Source: Lentimicrobium sp.
GTDB taxonomy: Bacteria > Bacteroidota > Bacteroidia > Bacteroidales > Lentimicrobiaceae
Length of the DNA: 64,000 nt
Assembly: GCA_019429275.1 (NCBI GenBank)
Contig: JAHYJC010000019.1
Span: 6,081-70,080, forward strand
Direction of reading: 5' to 3'
The notes beneath the pieces were generated by a model. That model did no database searches. It saw only the letters and a program-made list of their open reading frames with translations, and was not told the origin of the DNA. Each line of letters starts with the position of its first letter. The stretch's first letter is position 1. Shown here one piece after another: positions 57,678 to 64,000 of this stretch. The translations under genes and the position numbers were made by a program.

Positions 57678-58540
57678 AATACCAGCATATCAGTAATTTG
57701 TACGGCAATCATATCCACCACCAGCACCAGAAGCGATGCCAGCACAACCGCAGAATTTGCAGCCACCCCAACACTTTCGGTTCCACGTCCGGCATGATAA
57801 CCTTTGTAGGTTCCCACAAAGCCAATAACTGCTCCAAAGAAAAAGGTTTTAATTAGTGCCGGAAAAAAATCCATAAAATCTACTACTTTGAATGCCTGTG
57901 CAAAAAAGAGCGTAAGTGGTACATCCCCTTTGATATTTGCCCCTGCCCAACTTGCCAGAATACCAAAAGCATCGGCATACAAAACAAGCAACGGTATCAT
58001 AAGTGTTGCCGCCAGCACCCTGGTTACTACCAGAAATCTTATTGGATTTGTTGAAGACACTTCCATGGCTTCAATCTGCTCGGTCACTTTCATGGAGCCC
58101 AGTTCGGCACCCATGCCCGATCCGATTTTTCCGGCGCAGATAAGGGCGGTAATTACCGGCCCCATTTCCCTGATAAGCGATACAGCAACCATTCCTGGCA
58201 GCATGGATACTGCTCCGAAATCAACCAGCACCGGGCGCGATTGTATGGTGAGCACCAGCCCCATAATGGCTCCGGTAACTGTTATGAGCGGTAAAGTTTT
58301 GTATCCGATTTGAAAACACTGGCGAAAGAATTCCTTAAATTCAAAATCGCGCGAGAATAATTCTCTGGTAACCTGCGATATAAACATAAATACATCCGCA
58401 ACATCGGTCAGAAAGTTGCCGGCTGCCTCGGTTTTTGAAAGGGTGTTTTCGCTAAGTTTGCTTATAGAACGCACTGTTACGTCCCGGAGTTTCGGAATAA
58501 CCTTGACAACCGGGATAAACTTTTTCGTATTTATTTTCAT
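57674..58540 (-). CDS. mlaE: MlaE family ABC permease
   Basis: IREMGPVITAL, GKIGSGMGAELGSMKVTEQIEAME, VGVAANSAVV; ATGA overlap with mlaF. Confidence 0.94.
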   Translation of the reverse strand: MKINTKKFIPVVKVIPKLRDVTVRSISKLSENTLSKTEAAGNFLTDVADVFMFISQVTRELFSRDFEFKEFFRQCFQIGYKTLPLITVTGAIMGLVLTIQSRPVLVDFGAVSMLPGMVAVSLIREMGPVITALICAGKIGSGMGAELGSMKVTEQIEAMEVSSTNPIRFLVVTRVLAATLMIPLLVLYADAFGILASWAGANIKGDVPLTLFFAQAFKVVDFMDFFPALIKTFFFGAVIGFVGTYKGYHAGRGTESVGVAANSAVVLASLLVLVVDMIAVQITDMLVL

Positions 58541-58730
58541 TATGCCCGGGTTTTATTATGTTGACAATTCACTTTCAGTAAGATTGCTGTTTGGTTAATC
58601 AACGGTAGTCAGTCCGTTTTTCATGGTTCTAAATATTCCTTTGCCGAAACAGCCATTCAATGAAAGGCAAAAGAACATGACGCACCAGGCAGAAACTGCC
58701 TGTGAATTTGTATGCCAGGATTATATGCCG

Positions 58731-58798
58731 CAAATTTACCGGCCATTTGCGGCGAATGCATTACATAACTATTTCTATTAGTTACATGATTCACACAT
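58731..58798 (-). promoter_or_regulatory. regulon site C: tandem box promoter of the mla operon
   Basis: Minus strand ATGTGT-GAATCATGTAA(58792)-N10-TAGTTATGTAA(58771)-N22-TAAATTTG(58738). Confidence 0.85.
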
Positions 58799-58859
58799 CT
58801 CAATTGCTGGTTTATAAAATGGACAGCCTTTTTTACATTAAACCCTGCCCCGATTTACA

Positions 58860-58927
58860 ATGTGGGAATCATGTAACTCTGTTGCAGAATTGTGTAACGC
58901 TATTCGGTAGCCTTTAACAGACCTTTG
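58860..58927 (+). promoter_or_regulatory. regulon site D: tandem box promoter of the ytxH operon
   Basis: ATGTGG-GAATCATGTAA(58866)-N10-GAATTGTGTAA(58887)-N22-GACCTTTG(58920). Confidence 0.85.
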
Positions 58928-58963
58928 TCTTTCTATATATTGTTCACTTTTAAATTCAAAACA

Positions 58964-59242
58964 ATGAGCACAGGAAAAGTAGTTTTAGGTGTAGTGGCAG
59001 GTGTTGCACTTGGCGCAGTAGCAGGCATCTTATTTGCCCCCGACAAAGGGAAATCTACCAGAAAGAAAATCTCGAAAAAAGGAGAAGATCTTACCAATGA
59101 TTTGGAAAAGAAGTTCAACAAATTCGTTGATAAATATTCTAAAAAGTTTGACAAGCTAAAGGATGAGGCCAATGCCATGGCTGATGAAATCAACTTCGAA
59201 GCAAAAGAAACCGAAGAGCAGGTAAAATCTGAAAAGCGCTAA
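58964..59242 (+). CDS. YtxH domain-containing protein
   Basis: MSTGKVVLGVVAGVALGAVAGILFAPDKGKSTRKKI followed by a coiled coil; ATG start preferred. Confidence 0.92.
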   Translation: MSTGKVVLGVVAGVALGAVAGILFAPDKGKSTRKKISKKGEDLTNDLEKKFNKFVDKYSKKFDKLKDEANAMADEINFEAKETEEQVKSEKR

Positions 59243-59357
59243 CTCAGGCAAATTTTAAATCTACCATCAGCAAAGCAAGTACAATTCCTTATGGCTGGTG
59301 GCCCGGTTGGATAGTACCTTCTGAGTTAATGAAAGTTATTAAAACAAAAATCAGTAT

Positions 59358-59699
59358 ATGGAAACTCCGGTAAGGCAGTTAGAGTTATTGTTTGAAAAAG
59401 CAAAGGCTTATGGAACAACCACCTATGAGCTTTCGAAACTTAAAGCGGTGGAAACAACTGCAACCATTACAACATCTCTGGTGTCGCGCATGGTCGTGGT
59501 CGCTTTTGCCGCTATATTTTTAATTATCCTGAGCACAGGAGTGTCGTTTTGGCTTGGAGAACTACTTGGAAAGATATACTATGGCTTTTTTGCGGTAGCC
59601 GCATTTTACCTGGTAATCAGCCTTATTTTACACTTTTACCTCCATAAGTGGATTAAAAAACCATTAAGTGATTCCATTGTTTCTCAGGCACTTCAATAA
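59358..59699 (+). CDS. phage-holin-family-like (YqjE/DUF1469-like) membrane protein
   Basis: YELSKLKAVE N-terminus, two TMs, WLGELLGKIYYGFFAVAAFYL. Confidence 0.75.
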   Translation: METPVRQLELLFEKAKAYGTTTYELSKLKAVETTATITTSLVSRMVVVAFAAIFLIILSTGVSFWLGELLGKIYYGFFAVAAFYLVISLILHFYLHKWIKKPLSDSIVSQALQ

Positions 59700-59707
59700 G
59701 ACTTATC

Positions 59708-60112
59708 ATGGAAAATATATCGACTGCAGCCGGACTCAGAGATGCGATTGTTTATCTTGAAGCCGAACAGGCCAGAGAGGGTGCTGAATTGAATGAACAG
59801 TTCAGGATTGTTTATGATAGCCTGAAACCCATTAACCTTATTAAAGGCGCTTTTGAGGAAATAACCGGCTCAAAGGATATTCAGGAAAACCTGTTGACGA
59901 GTTCGGTGGGACTTGCCACAGGATATCTGTCAAAATTATTGGTTCAGGGTATAATGAAAAGACCGTTGAATAAATTTTTCGGCACAGCCGTAATGTTTGG
60001 TACCAAAAACATAGTCTCACAAAACCCGGAAGCCATAAAGTTTTTAGGTAAGATATTTTTTAACCTTTTCAGAGGCAAAGCAGATTCTGCCAAAAATAAA
60101 CCAGATGAATAA
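59708..60112 (+). CDS. hypothetical protein, third gene of the YtxH trio
   Basis: LRDAIVYLEAEQ coiled coil, LKPINLIK, amphipathic or hydrophobic C-terminal half. Confidence 0.75.
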   Translation: MENISTAAGLRDAIVYLEAEQAREGAELNEQFRIVYDSLKPINLIKGAFEEITGSKDIQENLLTSSVGLATGYLSKLLVQGIMKRPLNKFFGTAVMFGTKNIVSQNPEAIKFLGKIFFNLFRGKADSAKNKPDE

Positions 60113-60128
60113 ATAATCCGGAATTCAG

Positions 60129-61238
60129 ATGGATACAATTCTGAAGTTGCCGTTCTATGCAAAAGCATCCATCCTTTTGATAGGATTGTATGTTCTCATT
60201 GCCATGCTCAGTATTGCCCAGGGAATTATTGTTCCATTGGTTTTTTCCGTTATTCTGGCCATTTTGCTTCATCCGGTGGTCAGTTTTTTTGTCAGATCAG
60301 GAATAAATAAAGTTATCGCCATTATTCTTACCCTCATGCTAACCATACTTGTGATGGCAGCCTTTGGCTTATTGATTTTTTCACAGGCAAGCAAGTTCAG
60401 CGAAAGCTGGCCACTGATGGTTGATAAATTCACTCTAATGCTTAACGATAGCATTGGTGGAATTTCAGGTTATTTCGACATAAGCCCTCAAAGCATTCAT
60501 GAATGGATAGAAAAAACCAGGGTTGAAATACTCAACAACAGCGGTGCAGCCATAGGGCAAACCCTTATAAGTGTTGGCAGCAGCCTGGTTGCTTTATTTC
60601 TGATTCCGGTTTATATTTTTTTAATCCTCTTCTACCAACCTCTGCTCATTGATTTTATTCACAAGCTATTTGGTGTCGGCAACAAAAGCAAGGTTACAGA
60701 AATTATTACCCAAACAAAAAATGTTGTTCAGCAATACCTCGTTGGGCTGGTTATAGAAACAATCATCATAGCAGTGCTTGAAATTACTGCTTTGCTGATC
60801 CTCGGTATTGAATATGCCATACTCCTTGGCATTATTGGCGCTTTACTCAATCTTATTCCATACATAGGCGGCGTGGTGGCTGTTGCCATGCCAATGATGG
60901 TTGCTTTGGCTACCAAGGATTCAGGCTGGTATGCCTTGTACGTGCTTGCCATCTATTATTTCATTCAAATTATCGACAACAATTATATAGTTCCGATGAT
61001 TGTTGCCTCAAAAGTGAAAATCAATGCACTTTTTTCAATCATAGCTGTAATAGCTGGCAATGCCCTCTGGGGCGTTTCCGGAATGTTCCTTTCCATACCT
61101 CTGCTGGCTGTTGTAAAGTTAATTTTCGACAACATTGAACCCATGAAACCCTGGGGCTTTCTGTTGGGCGACACCATGCCATCCATTCTGAAAATTGATC
61201 CGATTCTGAAAACCATAAAAAAACTGTCAAAAAAATAA
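60129..61238 (+). CDS. AI-2E (PerM) family transporter
   Basis: IIVPLVFSVILAILLHPVV, LNLIPYIG, QIIDNNYIVPMIV, LWGVSGMFLSIPL. Confidence 0.93.
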   Translation: MDTILKLPFYAKASILLIGLYVLIAMLSIAQGIIVPLVFSVILAILLHPVVSFFVRSGINKVIAIILTLMLTILVMAAFGLLIFSQASKFSESWPLMVDKFTLMLNDSIGGISGYFDISPQSIHEWIEKTRVEILNNSGAAIGQTLISVGSSLVALFLIPVYIFLILFYQPLLIDFIHKLFGVGNKSKVTEIITQTKNVVQQYLVGLVIETIIIAVLEITALLILGIEYAILLGIIGALLNLIPYIGGVVAVAMPMMVALATKDSGWYALYVLAIYYFIQIIDNNYIVPMIVASKVKINALFSIIAVIAGNALWGVSGMFLSIPLLAVVKLIFDNIEPMKPWGFLLGDTMPSILKIDPILKTIKKLSKK

Positions 61239-61312
61239 ACACGGGTTTAATGGCAACTACTCCTGCGACGGGGAATACTCGAACCGGATTGAGTTTTAAG
61301 AACCGCTGTTTA

Positions 61313-61380
61313 ATGTATGAATTATATAAATCTAATTGAGAAAAGTATAATGCATCCATCTGCCTGCTGAAGTAATTTTA
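61313..61380 (+). promoter_or_regulatory. regulon site E: tandem box promoter (degenerate second box)
   Basis: ATGTAT-GAATTATATAA(61319)-N10-GAAAAGTATAA(61340)-N22-TAATTTTA(61373). Confidence 0.65.
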
Positions 61381-61471
61381 TTGCGCAAATACCGGAGTTT
61401 CATCACCTGAATTTTTCTGCAGAGTCCATTTACGGAATTGAAATATTATCCGGATCAAACACAAACAGGCT

Positions 61472-62953
61472 ATGAAAGTTCTCTTGGTCTATCCTCAATA
61501 CCCTGATTCATTCTGGAGCTTCAAACATGCATTGCGTTTTATATCGAAGAAGGCAGCAGTTCCACCGCTTGGCTTAATAACAGTATCTGCCATGCTGCCA
61601 GCAACCTGGCAGAAAAAACTGGTGGATATGAACGTTTCAAAACTCAAAACTTCTGACATCGAATGGGCTGATCTGGTTTTTATCAGTGCCATGTATATTC
61701 AGAAAGAGTCGGTTGACTATGTCATACGCGAATGTAAAAAATCGGGAGCCCGGATGGTAGCCGGTGGCCCACTGTTTACCCAGGAATACCAGAATTATCC
61801 GCAGATTGACTATTTTGTGCTGAACGAGGCTGAAATTACATTGCCCCTTTTCCTGAAAGACATAGAGAATGGTAAAACTCCTGAAAATGTATATAAAACC
61901 GATGAGTTTGCTGACATTACACAAAGTCCGGTACCGGATTTTCATTTATTGTCGATGAAGGATTATGTATTTATGGATGTTCAGGTCTCGCGCGGGTGCC
62001 CTTATTCATGCGAGTTTTGCGAAATTACTACATTACTGGGCCACAAGGTAAGGATGAAAAGCACCCGGCAGGTATTGAATGAACTTGAAGCCCTTTACAA
62101 GCTTAACTGGCGCGGATCGGTTTCTATTGTTGATGATAATTTCATCGGCAACAAACAGCAGATCAAGCTCGATTTGCTTCCCGGCCTCATACAATGGATG
62201 AATTTACACAAACACCCTTTTGTGTTTAGCTCCCAGACATCAATAAATCTGGCCGATGATGATGAACTGTTGTCGATGATGACCGATGCGGGTTTCGGTT
62301 CAACTTTTATCGGCATAGAAACACCTTCCGCAGCATCACTGAATGAATGCAATAAGGTGCAGAATAAAAACCGTGATATGCTTCACAGCGTGTTAAAGAT
62401 TCAACGTGCCGGAATGTTGGTTTCGGGAGGCTTTATCGTCGGCTTCGACAGCGATTCGCCGGCTGTGTTTCAGCAGCAGATCGATTTCATTCAGCAAAGC
62501 GGAATTGTATCGGCCATGGTGGGGCTGCTGAATGCCCCGAAAAATACCAGGCTTTACGACAGGCTTGGCAAAGAAAACAGGCTGGTTCTGGAGTCGTCGG
62601 GCAACAATACAGATTTTACCATGAATTTTGTGCCAAGGATGAATGTCCAGGAATTGATTACAGGCTATAAAAAAATCATACACGACATTTATACAACCCG
62701 GCCCTACTACAAAAGAGTGCGAAAGTTACTGGTCAACTATAAACGCAGAGATAAAAAAACGGCAAGTATCAGTTATGCCAATATGAAGGCACTCATCAGA
62801 TCATTTCTTGTTATCGGTATTTTAAAACGTGGCCGAAGCGATTTCTGGAAATTTATGATCTGGACACTCTTTATCAAACCTGGCTCAATGGCCGATGCAA
62901 TCGAATACTCAATCTATGGATATCACTACAGGACCGTTTACGGCCTGCGATAG
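61472..62953 (+). CDS. B12-binding radical SAM protein (class B methyltransferase-like, DUF4070 C-terminus)
   Basis: YPDSFWSF..PPLGL, VAGGP (cobalamin domain), RGCPYSCEFC (CX3CX2C), VDDNFIGN, FIGIETP, GFIVGFDSD. Confidence 0.92.
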   Translation: MKVLLVYPQYPDSFWSFKHALRFISKKAAVPPLGLITVSAMLPATWQKKLVDMNVSKLKTSDIEWADLVFISAMYIQKESVDYVIRECKKSGARMVAGGPLFTQEYQNYPQIDYFVLNEAEITLPLFLKDIENGKTPENVYKTDEFADITQSPVPDFHLLSMKDYVFMDVQVSRGCPYSCEFCEITTLLGHKVRMKSTRQVLNELEALYKLNWRGSVSIVDDNFIGNKQQIKLDLLPGLIQWMNLHKHPFVFSSQTSINLADDDELLSMMTDAGFGSTFIGIETPSAASLNECNKVQNKNRDMLHSVLKIQRAGMLVSGGFIVGFDSDSPAVFQQQIDFIQQSGIVSAMVGLLNAPKNTRLYDRLGKENRLVLESSGNNTDFTMNFVPRMNVQELITGYKKIIHDIYTTRPYYKRVRKLLVNYKRRDKKTASISYANMKALIRSFLVIGILKRGRSDFWKFMIWTLFIKPGSMADAIEYSIYGYHYRTVYGLR

Positions 62954-62996
62954 TATGGGGAAATCGTCAGAAATCACATATATTTTACCCTCAAAA

Positions 62997-63064
62997 AAGT
63001 GGGAATTATGTAAAATTTCTGAAAAGTTGTGTAACAGAACCTTTCGTAAAGCTTATCTACTTTG
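62997..63064 (+). promoter_or_regulatory. regulon site F: tandem box promoter of the regulator operon
   Basis: AAGTGG-GAATTATGTAA(63003)-N10-AAGTTGTGTAA(63024)-N22-CTACTTTG(63057). Confidence 0.82.
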
Positions 63065-63094
63065 TACCATCACAAATTAACTTAAAATCACAAA

Positions 63095-63307
63095 ATGAAA
63101 ACACTTGCTCTAATCTTACTGGTTATTGGTCTGGGATTGACCATCTTCACCACCTTTACCTACTTTACAAAGGAAAAAATTGTTGACATCGGTGAACTTG
63201 AAATCACTGCAAAAAAACAGAATAATCTTAACTGGTCTCCTTTGATCGGTATCGGAGTTATTGCCGTTGGTGGAATTCTTTACTGGCAGTCAACCAAAAA
63301 ACAATAA
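63095..63307 (+). CDS. small two-TM membrane protein (70 aa)
   Basis: TM - TKEKIVDIGELEIT - WSPLIGIGVIAVGGIL TM. Confidence 0.82.
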   Translation: MKTLALILLVIGLGLTIFTTFTYFTKEKIVDIGELEITAKKQNNLNWSPLIGIGVIAVGGILYWQSTKKQ

Positions 63308-63310
63308 CTC

Positions 63311-63877
63311 TTGAGACTTAGCATTAAATACATGGTAAGTGCCCGCTGTAAAATGCTGGTTAAGGAAGAGTTAAAGAACCTCGGGCTTCATTACGTCTTC
63401 GTCGACCTTGGGGCAGTTGAAGTGATGGAGAATCTCACTTTAGCCCAGCGCGAGCAATTTGGCAAGGCCTTGCAAAGGTCAGGATTGGAGCTAATGGACG
63501 ACAGAAAAGCCATACTGATTGAGAAAATTAAAAACGTAATTGTTGAGCTGGTTCATCACTCAGATGAAATACCCAAAGAAAACTTTTCAGATTACCTGAG
63601 TAAAAAACTGGACTACGATTATACCTATCTTGCAAATCTTTTTTCTGAAGTTCTGGGCACAACCATTGAAAAGTTTTACATAAACCACAAAATTGAGCGG
63701 GTAAAGGAACTCATCTTTTATGATGAACTAAACATTTCCGAAATCGCCTGGAAATTAAATTACAGCAGTGTGGCGCATTTATCCAATCAGTTTAAAAAAG
63801 TGACCGGCCTCTCACCCTCGCATTTTAAAAAGTTAAAAATCAAAAGCCGTGTTCCCATTGAAGAGATTGGGAATTAG
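63311..63877 (+). CDS. AraC family regulator with a short HMA-like N-terminal domain
   Basis: TTG start; YMVSARCKMLVKEEL N-domain; YDYTYLANLFS and KIERVKEL..LNISEIAWKLNYSSVAHLSNQFKKVTGLSPSHF double HTH. Confidence 0.93.
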   Translation: MRLSIKYMVSARCKMLVKEELKNLGLHYVFVDLGAVEVMENLTLAQREQFGKALQRSGLELMDDRKAILIEKIKNVIVELVHHSDEIPKENFSDYLSKKLDYDYTYLANLFSEVLGTTIEKFYINHKIERVKELIFYDELNISEIAWKLNYSSVAHLSNQFKKVTGLSPSHFKKLKIKSRVPIEEIGN

Positions 63878-63917
63878 CCCGGGATTCTCCTCCATATCTG
63901 CATCTGCAGTAAAAAAT

Positions 63918-64000
63918 ATGAAATCAAAAAAAAAACCAGAATCAAAATATGACAGAAGCCTCAGTGAAAGTCCTGACCCTCTGATTACAAACACTGGCAA
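63918..64000 (+). CDS. possible start of a downstream gene (partial)
   Basis: ATG preceded by an A-rich stretch; MKSKKKPESKYDRSLSESPDPLITNTG open to the window end. Confidence 0.3.
   Translation, partial: MKSKKKPESKYDRSLSESPDPLITNTG

Noticed and set aside
59358-59699. Holin-like gene as a sign of a prophage
   Set aside because: No endolysin, structural, terminase or integrase genes; this family is common in non-phage stress operons.
292-62683. Numerous 60-150-aa ORFs antisense to or nested in the annotated genes
   Set aside because: They fully overlap well-supported genes, show no family motifs and fit chance open frames.
1-64000. tRNA, rRNA or CRISPR loci
   Set aside because: None recognised by eye; intergenic gaps are short and lack cloverleaf or repeat-spacer patterns. 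tRNAscan or Infernal would be needed to exclude them formally.

Overview
This is a 64-kb chromosomal window from a Bacteroidota bacterium, probably an anaerobic Bacteroidales lineage. That is inferred from TAnnTTTG '-7' promoter boxes, type IX secretion genes and RprXY. Positions 1-48269 are mostly housekeeping: a 3-hydroxyacyl-CoA dehydrogenase/crotonase pair, purF, a menI-F-D-B-A-C-E menaquinone cluster, tsaB, TolC/MFP, a T9SS M1 peptidase, pgi, rprXY, fbp, lysC, a 2023-aa repeat adhesin with its PorP/PorE-like partners, an RluB-like synthase, a USP protein and yraN. Two things stand out in this part. One is an aldehyde:ferredoxin oxidoreductase carrying motifs of archaeal GAPOR (6576-8444). 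The other is an ORF-less promoter-to-terminator unit (candidate sRNA) divergent from rprX. An IS21 element (48270-50800) has no target-site duplication, truncates a gene and joins the housekeeping region to a 13-kb accessory module. That module encodes small membrane proteins, YihY, an Omp85/TamA-like barrel, MlaDFE, a YtxH/holin-like/YqjK-like trio, an AI-2E transporter, a B12 radical SAM enzyme and an AraC regulator. The strongest hidden signal is that six promoters in the module share one architecture: ATGTGT-GAATyATRTAA, a second copy exactly 21 bp later, 22 bp, then the -7 box. This defines an apparently self-contained regulon, probably driven by the module's AraC protein, that looks like an envelope-remodelling or general-stress system. 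All family assignments come from motif recognition by eye; no database searches were run.
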